A model generated the notes under the pieces. That model ran no database searches and was not told the DNA's origin. It saw only the letters and a program-made list of their open reading frames with translations. The translations under genes and the position numbers were made by a program. A DNA stretch of 62,343 nt, counting the filler, from Dirinaria sp. TL-2023a (taxonomy: Eukaryota), in NCBI GenBank assembly GCA_051941275.1. It is 7 parts of 7 records of this genome, joined end to end, with 100 filler letters (N's around TTAATTAATTAA, not from the genome) between each part and the next. Parts side by side here need not be neighbours in the genome. Positions count along the whole stretch, not along the records: positions 8,946 to 17,785 come from JAVEBF010001135.1; positions 17,886 to 26,718 come from JAVEBF010001136.1; 5 more parts are not named here. The stretch is one strand, 5' to 3'. Of the stretch, positions 12,724 through 26,818 are shown in pieces (position 1 is the first letter of the stretch; each line of letters starts with the position of its first letter).

Positions 12724-15700
12724 ATGTCGATCATACGACTCAAAGTGAAAGTCTTGCCTTGGCGAAATCCAATCACGTCAATTGGGAGCGCGTCGCGTCA
12801 AGAAGACATCAAAACCTGGATTGAACCCTGTGCGGAGGATGTCACGATCTCAGCGCTTCATGAGCGCATTCTCGATAGCTTCGCTGATCTTCACGGGGGC
12901 AAGGGGTGCGTATCTGAGCCTTGGCTTGGACTGACTGACTGCTAAGGGGTTCCCGTGCGACAGTGAACTTTGTATTAAATGGCTTGAGGATGACGATGGG
13001 AACGCTCTGCGAGGCCACCTGAGAGTTGGCGAAGCTTTCAGAGAGTCGCGCGAAATTTCTGATAGGACTGTCAAAGTCGTTCGCTTGCCACCGACCGAGA
13101 AAGATTTAAGCAACCCGGAACGATTCGCGTCCATCGCACCCGAATCGACCGCTCGCCCACAAAAGCGCACACAATTTCAGGAGCAAATTGTACGCAATAG
13201 CCTGCTTGACCTTGTCAGCGCGGAGGATTGGTCTGTACGTGCGCCTCGGGATGGCTATGAACGCCCGTACAAGCGGCAAAGAACAGGTGAAGTTGGTTCA
13301 GGAGGTAACCACGACCGTGATCAGCCGTTACCGTCAAGCGAAGGGGTAGACGAAGTCATCTATCAAAGATCTGGACTGCGGAATAGCCAACGTGCGCCTG
13401 TCCATCAAGTTGATGACTCCCAACGATCACCGGCAAGGAAACGTTTGTACTCCTTTGGTGTCTTGAGACTGAGCTAACCTGACACAGAGCATAATCCGTA
13501 TGGCACCCCCACTTCTCTCACCGTTTACAGTCCTCTGAACCCAGTCTCCTCCAGTCAGCCCCAAATAATTCCAGAGTCGCCAGAGCAAAGGGGGCTCAAC
13601 CACAATGTAGAGCCCACAACTGGAATCTTCGTTTACGATAGACCCAAATCCGAATCTCCCGAGTTGGTACCCTCTGTCCATGAATTTCCGTCTTCTAGCG
13701 CAGTCACTGGGACGAGCGTGACAAGCACACAGCAACGCACTGAGCAAGATCCTACTGCACGTTCTATAGTACAAGACGCCGCACGGGAGAATAATGCAGA
13801 TACGTTAAGCGGAGAGCGCATAGAAAAGGCTGGGCCGGTGGACCTACAAGGGCCCAAAGCTCCATCCGTGGAACTTCGACAGTCCCCTTTTGCTGGGCAT
13901 TCTTCATCCAAACAAGGACCCCTTGGCAATGAAAAGACTCTAACGGAGTTGCGAAGACGAATCTCGAACCCACCTGATCCCATAGAAAGCGACGCAGACG
14001 TTCCGCAGGAGCATCAGCACGCTCGCAATGACGAGCAACCCCAAGTTCCTCAACCGCCCGTACGTATTGCAGTATCCGGGATAATCTTGTCGCCTTCACA
14101 CTCTAATAGCCCTATACGCGATGATGTCTTAGGCGGAACGTCATTATCAGAGATTGGGGACAAGCCGTCACAAGGCCCACAACTATTAAATGGGGGCGAC
14201 AAAAGCGCTTCAGCCATTAAACCCTTGCACTCTTATTCAAGTGCCGCTGGTACAAAGCCGGAATCTACCATAGTTACTCCAAGCGTCACAAATGTGCAGC
14301 CGGCGTCACAAGAATCTAACGTCGTCGACCTTGAAGAGGATATCGAGGAGCAGAGTGACATTATCTTGAGCTGTGGTAGTATGGCAAAGCAAGAACGTCA
14401 GCCTCATAGGAGTGAGCCAGCTCATGGATTCTCAGCAGTCAATACAGACAGTACCGCGCCTAATGAAGCCGACACTGAACGGCTTCAGCAGAGCTCTGAA
14501 GGAAATCATCCGCTGACTCAACTGGCATCTACTGTACAGGAGGAGAATACACTGTCGCAAGAGCAGAGGAAGGCTCATTCAGGAGTCTCAAGTGCAAAGA
14601 CGTTGGAGCGCGAGAGAAGCTTGGAAGCACGTACAGACAGGAAACGTAAAGCTCTAACAGAGCCCACCAAGTCAGACCTCAAACCGTCACCAGAGGAGTC
14701 ATCGAATATGAAACATCCCTCAAGTCGCGACGATAATTACCTGGCTAATGAAGAAGAACTTGCTGTAACAAGTAGGTCGGCTGGGGCAACTCGGGAGCCG
14801 AAGGATAGCGAGCTAGATGCTTTCAACGTCCCAGACTCAGAGCCGGATGCTAATCCTCCAAAGTCAAAATTGACCAAGCGCGCTGTTAGCAAGAAAGTCG
14901 AAAAGTCGGTAGCACAGTCAAAATCGGAAGCTGATCGGCAAACGCTCGAGCAGGAAAAGCGAGATCTAAAGAATGCTCGGGCAAGGCAGCGCAGAGCTGA
15001 GAAGAAGGCTCAATTGGCGAAAAGCACCGACCTCGAGAAACGTAACACTGCCGAGGTCGTTGATGACCAGCCAGACGATGAAATCCGAGAGACGTCGACG
15101 AGAAGTACTACCAAGAAGAGAAGAGTCACTGAATCGGAGGCTGTAGAGGAACCGAGCAATAAAAGCAGCAGGCTATCCAGAGGAACAGCTGGTCGAAAAG
15201 CAATTGCCGGTAAGACGGCTAGTCAACCAGAGTCTGTGGAAAGTCAGTCAGACCAGGAAATTCATGAGCTATCAAAGAGAGATAGTACGAAGAAGAAACG
15301 AGTCGCTGATACGCAGGCTGCACAAGAAACGAAAAATGGTGGCAAGAACCTATCTGAAGGAAAACCCGGTCGAAAAGCGATAGCCGGTAAAGCGGCTAAC
15401 CAACAAGCCGAGGGGACGACGGATGAAGCTGAGACAATCGCTTTGGGATTGAGTAGTGGCCAGCGACATGGTTCCAAAACCCCAGCCAGGACAGGGCTCC
15501 AATTGAAGGCAGGCGCTGGTTCAGCAAGTGGAGCCGTGCAAAAGATCCGCGAGTCCGCCGACACTGAAAGTACACGATCCTCGTCACACAGTAATCGCCA
15601 TAAGGCCTCTGCTACAAGAAGATCTATGACCCCGATGTTCCCAGCATCATCGGCGGCGAAGCCAATCAAGAGCGCTTTGCGCACGAGCGAGAGCGGCAAC

Positions 15701-17296
15701 CGTCGCTCCGTTTCCTTCAATGATGAAGCGATTATTGCGCCGGATGCTCTTGTCGGTGTTACTTCGAAGGCATCGAAACCGGCCAAGAACTCGGATATGT
15801 CTAAACCAAGTGTGGCCAATAAAGCTACTAAAACAGCAAGCAGCTCCACGGGTAGTAATGGGAAAATAGCTCCTTCAACCTCCAAAGAATCCCAGGAAAG
15901 ACGCAAGGTTGACTCGCTAAGCAACGCTCAAGCGCTTCGAATTGGTCCTCGCAAATCCGAAACACCTTCAAAAGGCACCGAATCAAATCCAAAAGTCCAG
16001 ACGAAACTGAATGTGACAAGAGACGTCAAGCTGAAGGGGCGTGCAATCGATCCTCCTTCGCTGCCACGGAAAACGAGCACGCAAGCGAAAAGTGAAGAAA
16101 TCGTCATTTCATCCGAGAGCGAGCGATCAGCCTCGACTTACTATTCGGATGAAGAAGACCGAGTCAGGGAACCCAAAGCAGGTCCGAGTCAACGAAAGAA
16201 CTCACACTCGTCACTGGAAACAAGTAACAAACCCAACCGCTCGAACGTGGGAATACCAACCAAGTCGCCCGATCCGCCAAAAAGCAGCGATAAGCCGAAA
16301 GTGAATATTAAGAGAGAGATCTCCGCAACCCCGCCACCCCGCCATCCCTCGCCCGAGCGATCGCGGGCGATGTCGAAATCCCGTTCCCCGGCCCAATACA
16401 TGTCGCGAGCGGGGGGCTCGATCAGCTCACGCTCCGGATCCGAAGAAGCAGCGTCTTCTTCTTCTCGCACTGCCTCAGCCTCAGGAGACGATTCCACATC
16501 TCACTCCGACGGATCAGACAGTAGTGGATCCTCGTCCGAAGATGAAACCGCATCTGAAGACGAGCCAGGCGATCATGAACTATCCCCCCAAGAAGCAGAC
16601 GAAACAAGGAAAAGAAAAAACTCGCACAGCAAAACCAGGCACAACGGAAACACGAAGCAGACCCGCCTCTCGCCGACGACGCAGCAGCAGCAGCAAAAAG
16701 AACCCTCACCACCACCGCAACTAAGCTCCGAAGGCGCCTCCTCATCGCAAAGCTCCAGCTCTAGCTCCAGCTCAGAAGAGGAAGAAGAAGAAGATCTCGC
16801 AGGCCAACAACTCCACCGCGAATCGCACCAATCTCTCCAACTCAACCCCACTCCCCAGCAGCCCAAAAAAAAGAGAAACGAAGATCCTCCTCCCCTCCCA
16901 ACATCAACATCAACAACCACCTCCAAATCACGTTTCCCGACCCTGAGCACGCTAAGAGAACAAGGTCGCGCCCCGCAAAATAATAATAATACCCCTTTAA
17001 CCTCGCACCGCACTCCTATCATCCCGGATGGCGATTCTTATTCTTCCTCCTCCGACGATGATGACGATGATAGTACCAGTACTAGCGAAAGCGAAAGCGA
17101 TATCAACAACGAAGACAAAGCCCAATCGAAGAAGGGTGGTGGTGTTATGAAAGGGTTGAGGGGCGTTATTAAATGTGTGTCTTTTTTATCCCCTTTCTCC
17201 TTCTTTCTTTCTCCGTTGGTATCTATCTACATGTAATCATTACTGATTTGTTCGGGGATAGTGGGGACCCAGCTGAGGCATCAGAATCAAGCGTGA
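12724..17296 (+). CDS. Dnt1/Net1-like nucleolar protein (N-terminal folded domain plus long disordered S/K/E-rich tail)
   Basis: MSIIRLKVKVLP..VTISAL..IKWLEDDDG..LRVGEAF..RFASIAPESTARPQKR resembles the Dnt1-like N-terminus. The 1190-aa ORF has KSALR..RRSVSF and poly-S/D tracts. Introns ~12907-12963, ~13443-13487 and ~17176-17261. Confidence 0.6.
15074..15427 (+). repeat. Diverged in-frame tandem duplication, 177 nt (59 aa) x2
   Basis: DDEIRE..TTKKRRV..GRKAIAGK versus DQEIHE..TKKKRV..GRKAIAGK. GGTCGAAAAGC occurs at 15191 and 15368. Confidence 0.8.
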
Positions 17297-17785
17297 ATGC
17301 TTGAGACTTCTTTTGTAGGCGAGAGAGAGGAGGTATGTAAGGTATGTAAGTACCTTATGTATGTGAGGCCACAAAAAAAAGGGGAAAAAGGGGCCAGACG
17401 AGCTGGAAAAGCGTACCTTACCCTGCTCTCATCCTTACATATGTAGCCGGGTTAACCATTTCAATGATGCCCCAAGCTGAAGCAGGTCCGTGTATAAAGT
17501 AAGGAGAGATACCTTACATATCCCAGCCCTGGCTAGCATCATAAGTGAGGATTTCGTAATCTACCTTACCTTATCTACATGTACATATTCGCAGCCCAAA
17601 ACTCCTCTCTGATCTGATCTGATTTCCTTCCCCGCCGGGGCGCCCCGGGCCCCTTTTTCGAAAAAAAGTGATCCTCACCGCAAAATCACGAACGCACGCG
17701 AGAATAAAGCAACGAGGCAATCAATAAAATCATCTTAAAAAAATACAATTTTTGGATGCGGTGAATGTTGAAAAGACTGCATTAC

Positions 17786-17885
17786 NNNNNNNNNNNNNNN
17801 NNNNNNNNNNNNNNNNNNNNNNNNNNNNNTTAATTAATTAANNNNNNNNNNNNNNNNNNNNNNNNNNNNNNNNNNNNNNNNNNNN
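17786..17885. other. Artificial contig linker
   Basis: N44-TTAATTAATTAA-N44. Confidence 0.97.
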
Positions 17886-18170
17886 TTCGGGGATAGATTG
17901 AATGATGGTTTTTTTTTTTTTTTTTATGAGGGGGGAGAGTGGTACGCAATTTGAAAATTTAAGGGAGGGGAGGGGAAAAAGGCGGAAAGGTGGAGACTAG
18001 GTATATAAGAGTAAGATTATACATACATACACATAGGTCGGGATGATGGGGGGGCTGGCTACCTTAATTTGCTTTATTGCTACTTATCTATCCTTATCGA
18101 AGTAATAATAATATTAACACACGAAACGAAGAGAAAAAGATACTCTGCGGTCCTCACTACTACTACCAGC

Positions 18171-19535
18171 TCACTCCTTCCTCCTCAAACTCCCGATCCT
18201 GCGCCTGATGCTCCCGCCTACTCCCTTCGTCCCACTCCCACTCCCACTCTCACTCCTCCTCAGCCCAGCTTCCCACTCGCTATACCTCTGTCCATCACTC
18301 AGCGGTCTGCTGCCCGACTCCGCACTGCGCCGCCTCTGGCTGCCCGCATCTGACCCGTCGATCGAGTCCCTGTAGCGGGGGAAACGAGGGGAGTGATGGT
18401 GGGGAGTGGGAGTGCGTGGCGAGGTCTGCATCTCGATGGATCCGGGGCCTACTTCTTCTTCGGTGGTGTGGATGGGCGCGGATACGTTCCGTCGGTGTGA
18501 GGAAGAAGAGGAGTGGTGTTTGTGTTGTTTGAGGGCTTTTTCGATGGAGTAGGAGGGCTCGCCTTTGCCTTTTAGGTCTTCGGGGAGGTAGGTCTGGATT
18601 TTTATTTTAGCTTGGAGTTTTGGATATGGTGAGGCGAGGATATTAGGGAATTTACATACCACACCAGGCCATCGCTTATAGTTTCCCCCGTTCTCAATCA
18701 TCAGATCCGTCCCTTCTTCGTAATTGTACACCCGCCCTTCCCGGTCTGGCATCCCCGGTGGCACAGCGGCTGTTCCGTCGAGCGGCATGTGCTTGCGCAG
18801 ACTGTCCTGGATCTTCTCGTCGGGTGTTGCTCTTAGGGCCTCCCAATTAGTGCCTCTCACAGCTTCGACCGGACTGTTTTTGTAGTTCGTATTTCGCGCC
18901 AGCAGAGTCGCATCGTAGGGACCTTCGTGGTGGTAGCCTCCACCCACGGTGTCCAGTGTGTCGATACTGTCCGGGCCAGGGAGATGTTTCTTGCGCAGAT
19001 GCGGAGAGCGGTACGCGAGCTTCGTGTCTCGCCGGACAAAATCCAAGGGTCCAGCGGCGGGGTCAAGCGGACGATTACGAGAAGGCAGGGAATTGTTCCT
19101 GTGGCGCCCCCCACCTGCGGTCCCGTTGGTTGAAGTGGGGACCTGAGTGGATCCTCCGCTGAAGCGGTTCGAGGTCGAAGGTTCTGAGAACTGCGATTGG
19201 CGCGGCCCTGCCGAGTGAGGAGGCGTGTGGTAGGGGTTACGGCTTGTACTTGTGCCGGTTTCTTTCACACTGACTGCAGCTCCGCCCTTGTCGGGCACAT
19301 GGGCGGGCGATGTGGGTGAATTCGTGGAGGCAGAAGCGTATGGGTTTGTGGGGCTGAAGGTTGAGTTGTAGTGCGTTCCAGGACCGGTTTCTTGACTTGG
19401 TTCCGGGGCGGTGAGTGGGTCCAGGAGGTATTTGGAAGCCTGAGACATGTCAATTGTGGTCTTTTAAACGAATAGACGGTGTAAGGAGGTCTGCTGGACA
19501 GCACTGACCCATTGCTTATCTTCTCCAGCATCCAT
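18171..19535 (-). CDS. pal1: Pal1 cell morphology/endocytosis protein (3 exons)
   Basis: DSIDTLD..GGYHHEGPYDATLLARN, MPLDGTA.VPPG and DLKGKGEPSYSIE. Short exon 1 MDAGEDKQW (ATG 19535, donor GTCAGT) joins ASKYLLDPL. Confidence 0.88.
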
Positions 19536-19971
19536 GACGGCGGGACTGGGGTTTTGTGAGGATGATGTTCCCTCACGGATTAACTGTAGGATTGGAGATC
19601 AATGATCAATAGGAATGGAGGTATTGTGGTATTGTATAAAAGGAAAAGTGGTTGAGAGCAGGAGATTATATTATTATTATTATTTGGATAAAGAAATTGC
19701 TTTCTTTTCTTCCTACCGACCATCCGGGCCACGCGGTCTGACCATGTCTTCCTACCTTACGTCACTGGGCCGTCTTGCCTTCCGGGCTACGAGGCATGCA
19801 GTCGAGGGAGTCTCATAATTCGCCCGGGTCCGAACGGCTCGCCGGCTTGGCAGGGGTTTCATCATCCACGGAATTATGTCAGACACTACCTTAAGGTACC
19901 TTAGTCCGTACCTAAGATATCCCCGTCCCCCGTATTCTGCGCCGTACCTTGCTGGGCTTATCATCATCACC

Positions 19972-21095
19972 ATGCCGCTGGTGGATTACTCAGACTCCGA
20001 AGCTTCGGGTGCAGAGCCGGACAATAATATCGTCCAGTCCGGCAAAGACCCCCATGCCCCATCGCGCAAGAGAAAACGTGACCAAGAAAGATCCCCAGCT
20101 TTACCACCCTTACCGGGCTCTTTTCACGACCTCTACGCCTCGACCGTGAGGTCCAGCAATCAAGATGATCCAAGCTTGCACAACGGGCGGCAGAGGCAGA
20201 CGCCGCATATCGAGGGCCATTGGCCTACGCACGTGTACATAGAGTGTAAGTTTCCACACCTGTGGCCTCCAGCGATCCGTTGCATAATAAGTTCCGCAGC
20301 TGATAGGGAAGGGAGGGCATCCTTCAAAGGCAGAATCCGCTCGTATCAGGCAGATCCTTGACCGTGTCGATGATCCAGCCTGCCTACCAGAAAAGGCGTG
20401 CGTGCACAGTCTGCTGAAGAATGATCTCGGCACCGAGTTGCCTCTGCATATCAGCCTGTCGCGGTCCCTCTCTTTACTCACGGACCAACGTCAGCGGTTC
20501 ATCGATACGGTGACAAAGAATACATCTCGCTCAGGGGCTCGCCCGTAAGTTCCTTTCAGTTCCGTGGAAATGAGATAAGAGTAGCTTGAGTGACCCTCCT
20601 GACAGGTTCGAAGTCTCGATCAAGGGCCTGAGCTGGGTTGCCAACTATGAAGGCAACCGCTGGTTCTTGGTCATGCAGCTCGCGAAGCCCGTGGAGGACG
20701 GTTTGAACAAATTGCTACAGGTGTCGAACTGGTCCGCTCAAGCTTTCAATCAACCGTGGCTATACTCGGAAGCGAAAAGTATCTCCGTCGAGCCGTGTCT
20801 GAAGAAATCGATGCAACGTGGAAGCCGATCTGGTTCTGGGAAACAGCGAACAGTAGCGCTTGAGAGTGATTGCGCGGAGCAAGCAGATATGTCCTCAAAT
20901 TTTCACATCAGTATTGGGTGGTCTCTCGCGAAGCCCACGGAGGACGCGGTTCGACGGCTGGATGAGGTGGCAGACGAGGAGCTTTCCGGGATAAAACTAG
21001 ATGTCAACTGCATTAAGATCAAGATAGGCAACGCCGTCACAGCAGTCCCCTTGAAATCGGGATCAGAACGTGCGAATGGCATTTTTCAAATCTGA
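19972..21095 (+). CDS. USB1: U6 snRNA phosphodiesterase Usb1/Mpn1 (3 exons)
   Basis: [38 protein letters not shown], and two 2H motifs (PLHISLSRS, FHISIGWS). Confidence 0.92.
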
Positions 21096-22199
21096 AAACC
21101 TGATGATCAATTGGGGTGAAGTAAATGCTTGTGCCGATGGTATTACCGGTGGATCATTGACAAGTACCGTATCATTTCATCGATATGAGCAGCAGACAGT
21201 ACAAAGTACTTCAGTAAAGAAGACAAAAGTACGTAAGTAATCAGTAACAGGTTTTTTTATTCACCTCCGGGATGCAAATTGGTTTCTTACAAGGCTGAAA
21301 TCATCAATTTTCAACTTCCTTATGTGAAAAAGAATATACTGTATCGAAGAAAACGAACATTATCCGCAGCAGCGTAGCGAAACACTAGTTGACGGGGTGT
21401 GGGAGAGATAGATATATGCCCGCTCGTCGAGAGACAAAATTCTCGAAGCTCAGAGTTGGATCTTCTCTCGCCATCGAATTCGCCGTAGATCCCACGTTCT
21501 TGATCTGAACACGCTGTTTAGTAGGAGACTTTGGAGCCTAGATATTGCTCGAGAGTACTCGGTAGTAGGTTATTTAATCCTAGAGACTAGGCTCATTCCC
21601 CCATTTACAGGTGTCTATCGAAAAGGATTTCATGCTTCTCCGGCTCCATTGCGGCGACCTGCTGTACCGGTTTGTGAGTATGTCGAGCAACGACTTCGCT
21701 CCGCTATGGATCATCACCTCTGATCGAGCCTACCGGGCCGGAAGAGGACACTCGTTGCGGAGGTGAATTGGGCGGTAAATAGCTTTGGAGGCACACACGT
21801 TGTGTGACTTGTCCAGCGAAGTTCGTACATGATCAAATATGTCTCCCGGTTTTGGGAGTAGCTTCTTGTGGAAGAGGTTTTTGGGTGTATTGGTAATTCA
21901 TTGGAACTATCGCCATGGCTCTGGCGAAAATTGCCCCGGTCGAGTGCGCCAGGGACGCAAAGAAGCCTGATACGTCGGGGTCCTTTCAGCCTTTCGTCAG
22001 GCTCTCAGCAGTGCTGCTTTGTCCTCAACACAGTATAGTCGAGGCCATGAACCACTCTTGCATGTGGTTTAGCTTGTTGGTGGTGTGGTCAGAGGCGAGC
22101 AGCCCAAGGCAAACGCTTTGCCCTCTTCACCTTGCTGGTCAGTGTCCTTGGCAAGGCATCTCACCCATTCAATCCAAGACGCACGTTGTGTCATGTGGG

Positions 22200-24238
22200 T
22201 TAATTTGGGTGCGCGCCGTTCCTTTCTCTCTCCACCTCCTCCACGATGATCTTTCTTAAGCCGTCTAACCCGTTCCTCTTTTGTACAGATGTACATCTTC
22301 TAGGAAGATCTTCCAATCCGACAAATTGTGGCGGCAGGACATCCTTGAATAGGAAACCCTTATCCTCTCTCAGCGCCAATTCGACAGCATGACTAAACTT
22401 AGCTGGATGTGCCGTTGCCAAGGCTACGTTGTGCACATTCGGCGCCGCCTTTGCTGAGCGCAGCGCTGCAGCGACACCAACAGCAGAATGCGGATCTAGT
22501 ATGTAACCTTTAGAGTCTGAAGTATTGCGTCCTCTGTAGGCATCGCGAATTGTGGTGACCGTCTCGACATTCGAAACCCGCTCGGGTACAAAATGTGCCT
22601 TGGCTGCGTTCAGCACTTTCTCCTCGACGCTGAACCCTCCCTTCGTCTTCAAGCTGGTTTGCCACTCTTTGACCTTAAAACCCGCTACTTGTCTTTTCTC
22701 CTGTACGTTCGTTGCATCGGATCCGTAGACTTCATATGCCAAAAACCACAACAGCCGCTCAAAATTGCTACTCACAAGGATATCCATCGCGGGGGATAAG
22801 GTCTCCTTTACGCCTTCGGGATGCGCCTTGGCCCCATCTTCCACCAAACCCTCCTCTGCGGCAGTACCATGAGTAGTGTGCTTCTCGTAAGCGCCAGTCT
22901 GCCAGAAGCGGTAAAGAATGTCGTTTTCATTTGTGGCGATGACAAGTTTCGACACAGGGAGCCCCATTCGCTTCGCGAAATATCCGGCCAGAATATCACC
23001 GAAATTCCCTGGGGAGAATTCAGGATTAGCATTCTTCTTCAATTTTAGTTGATCCAGGCAATAAGGGAGATCCTAGGGGATCGTTTTTCCGAAATATGCT
23101 ATAAAGCGCTGGAACCTCAAGGAAGTAGAAACGGAGGCCGAGGTATTTGCTTACCTGTTGGAACGACGAAACGGATTTTATCAATCGCCGGATTGAATGT
23201 GCCAGAACGGATGAGCGAGAAATAGGATGCGAAATAATACGTTATTTGAGCTAAGATTCTCGCCCAATTGATTGAATTTACAGCCCCCAGTCTCTGGGTT
23301 TTATTTATCGAAGGATCGGCGAACAGGGCTTTTACAAAGTCCTATCATCTCACGTCAACCTAGTTTCAAGGAGGAAGAAGGCTAGCGTACTTGACAATCG
23401 TCAAACGTCCCATCGACGCTTAAACAATGCACTTAGACAAGGCCGTTAGCAGAGCTCAAAATCTATGTTCACATACAACGAAGCATAATCGGAACGTCAA
23501 GACAATATCAGAGACATACCATTTTCGTCCGTCACAGTTGTCATTTGAGCCTCTTGTACCGGGCTAACCTTCCCAGTCGGATACATGATGAACACAGAAA
23601 CATCCTTTTTGCTTCTCAAGCCGTATATTGCGGCAGATCCAGTATCTCCACTTGTAGCTCCAATGACTGTCAAGTGCTCCCGATCTTTGCCGGTCTTACC
23701 CTTATTCCTTTTAACGAGGAAGAATTCAAAGAAATTACCTAAGGCTTGCAACGCTACATCTTTGAAAGCACTATATAGCATTCCGGCATTAGCGTCATCG
23801 GCCTGTGGAACTTCAGGATGAGTAGCTGATAGACTTACAAAGTTGGCCCATGGAACAGCTCCAGCAGATGGATTTTCCTATCGCCGTCCAATGTCACGGT
23901 GGGCGTTACGTTGGGAACTCTGAAAGTTGAATATGATCTATGTATTATGTCCTTGAGGGCGGCGGGCGGTATCTCAGCAGGCGAGATGTATAGGCTGAAG
24001 ATTTGGAAAGCGAGCTCTTCAAACGACAGATTGAGCCAATCACTCTGCCAATTTTGCGGTAAAGGAGGAATCTCTTCAGGGATGAATAGTCCATTGTCAG
24101 ACGCAAGTCCTTTGAGGATGACTTCCTCGAACGAGAGCTGCCCTTTTCAGCATTTGCAATCAAATTGAACGGTGGTCATACGCTATAGGAGCCTCCACGA
24201 GTGCTGAGATATCTTTGTGATGCGGTATGTGAAGCCAT
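22200..24238 (-). CDS. THR4: Threonine synthase (multi-exon)
   Basis: QRYLSTRG, GLASDNGLFIP, ELFHGPTFAFKDVALQ (PLP lysine), GATSGDTGSAA, GAVNSINWARILAQ, VPTGNFGDI and ATAHPAKF. Confidence 0.97.
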
Positions 24239-24680
24239 TGGACTTGTGCGATTCAGGGATGATTAAAATTGAAGAATATTTGAGTGTAGATCCAAGGAAG
24301 TTGATCATCGGCAATCTAATGAATACATGATGCACAAATTTCCTACGTGAAGTACGTTATTGAGAGCCAGAGGCTATTCAAGGTCAATAGCTCCACGACC
24401 CGCACAATGGTATGAGGAATACAGTTAAAGGTACTATGTACTTCAGTATGAAATCTGAAAAATTTGTGGTCAGCGCTTTTCTAGGTTTAGAGGCTTGGCA
24501 GAATTTTGGCAAAATCCGTCTTTAAGTCCGTACTTGGACCCCAACGCATTTTTATACCCCTTGGTTCAGAGGTTCAATTCAGCATGAAGTGCGATATCAC
24601 TAGTCAAATTATTCGCTATTTGCAATTCTAATCCCATGATACAATAACAATCCTCAAGTTGGACGAATTGCCCCGGTACA

Positions 24681-26347
24681 ATGGCTAGAAAAGGTACGTG
24701 CAGACTTCTACTTTAATACCTTCAAAGTGCAAATCTACCTCTGTTAGACCAGAGGAAACGCTGACGGGCAATTAGCTACTGCAGCCCATGAATGCGTCTC
24801 AGAAGATGCCCTCATTCACCTCAAATCCTACAAATACTCGAGCGTCGACAGATCGCTGATCTCGCATTACATCCTGAGGCACTACGTACGTTTGACCATG
24901 CTCGATCTGATACACTGGGAAGAAGAGACCAATACTTGCATAGTGGAACGCTGCGGTTGAATTGCTCCCCCGATGGCTTGCGCCCAACATGGTCACCCTT
25001 CTGGGATTCTTCTGCGTGCTAGCCAACGTTGCGTGCCTTGAGATTTTTATGCCAGACTTGATCGGACCAGTAGGGCAACAATACCTTCCTTCCACAGCTC
25101 CCAGGCCTAGGTGCATGATATCAAGGATGCTAAACCTAACCTAGGGTCCCTCATGGTTGTACTACAGCTTTGCATTGGGGCTCTGGATGTGAGCAACCTG
25201 CATATATAAATACGCGGCTCTTCAGCACTTGGGCTGATTTTACCGCTTCATATAGGTACTCGACCATGGATAATATCGATGGAAAGCAAGCCAGAAGGAC
25301 AGGCCAATCCAGTGGCTTAGGAGAGCTTTTCGAGTATGGGCTTTTGATCAATCTCTCAATGCATCATTCTTACTGGAATTTAGTCATGGTATCGACTCAC
25401 TAAATTGCACTCTTGCAAGCTTGTGTGAGACAGCAGCCATGGGCTTAGGGCCATCAAAGAAAGGAGTCTTTACGGCGCTTGTTCCGTGTTTACCGATGTT
25501 CTTCTCAACTTGGGAAACATACCACACGCACACCCTTTACCTGGGCTACTTCAATGGCCCAACAGGTACGTGAATTCTTCCGGAACCACCACATGGGTGC
25601 TAACGGCGCCGCACAGAGGGTCTCATCCTAGCATGCACATTCATGATAATATCTGGCTACTATGGCCCGCAGATCTGGACCCAGCCTATCACGGACCTGA
25701 TCGATCGCCCAGACATTTTCGGCACTACTTCGGTGGTCGATATATGGATCCCCATCATCTTGGTGACATTCTTCACCGCTCACCTTCCGGCGTGCATTTA
25801 CAATGTCGCCAAAGCTCGGCGTGCGCAGAATCTTCCCTTGGCACCAGTGTTCCTCGAATGGACACCCATGGCCGTATACACCAGCGCAGCCGGTGCTTGG
25901 TTGTATTCCCCCTATTCTACCTTGATGCGAGAGAACAGACTGGTTCTATTTTGTCTGACCATGTCCTTCGTCTTCGGGCGAATGACGACGAAAATCATCC
26001 TGGCACACCTCACAAGGCAGCCCTTCCCGTACTGGACGGTAATGCTCGTACCGCTCGTTGGTGGCGCGATCCTGGGCAACCTGCCACGCCTGGGCTTACC
26101 AGCCGTGACAACTGCAGTCGAGCTGTGGTACCTGCGGTCGTATTTCGTCTTCGCGCTGATCGTGTACTTCCGGTGGGCGTTCCTTGTGATTGGCAGTATA
26201 TGCTCGTATCTGGAGATCAACTGCTTGACTATCACGGAGAAGAGGCAGAAACCTGCATCTGAAGGCGACTCATCCGACCTGTTCAAGGACGAGCCAACGA
26301 TCGGAAAACGTGTAGCCAATGGAAGCCTTCGCAGAAAAGGCGACTAG
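24681..26347 (+). CDS. sn-1,2-diacylglycerol choline/ethanolamine phosphotransferase (CPT1/EPT1 family; multi-exon)
   Basis: LKSYKYSSVDRS, WLAPNMVTLLG, CDP-alcohol phosphatidyltransferase motif [27 protein letters not shown], and STWETYHTHTLYLGYFNGPTEG. Confidence 0.93.
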
Positions 26348-26718
26348 AGGATGAAAAGTAGGGAGCAGGAATCTTATACTGCGTGCGGAACGGGAACAAC
26401 AATAATAATAACCCTCTTCAACGCTAGCCGCAATACATATAGAGGTTATCTCTTAACGTTGGGTCATCCTTCGCCCACCACTTCAAACCCCCCCCAAAAA
26501 AAAGTTTCAGGAAAAAAACACCAACTCGAACCGTTTCTCAAAAATCCTTAGATAGAGAGCAGAGACTTTTTCCCCCTCAAAAGTTTGAAAGCGGGTCTTA
26601 GCATTAAATGAAAGCAACGGTTAATGGTGTTTCACTGCCTTTTATGGAGTCATGAAGTTCATTATGCCTTCCTCTCCAAAATCCCCCAACCCTTTTCTCT
26701 CTCTATATATATATTCAG

Positions 26719-26818
26719 NNNNNNNNNNNNNNNNNNNNNNNNNNNNNNNNNNNNNNNNNNNNTTAATTAATTAANNNNNNNNNNNNNNNNNNNNNNNNNN
26801 NNNNNNNNNNNNNNNNNN
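26719..26818. other. Artificial contig linker
   Basis: N44-TTAATTAATTAA-N44. Confidence 0.97.

Noticed and set aside
21096..22199. 1.1-kb gap between convergent USB1 and THR4 as an ncRNA or extra gene
   Set aside because: Only short ORFs without motifs; no recognisable RNA family signature.
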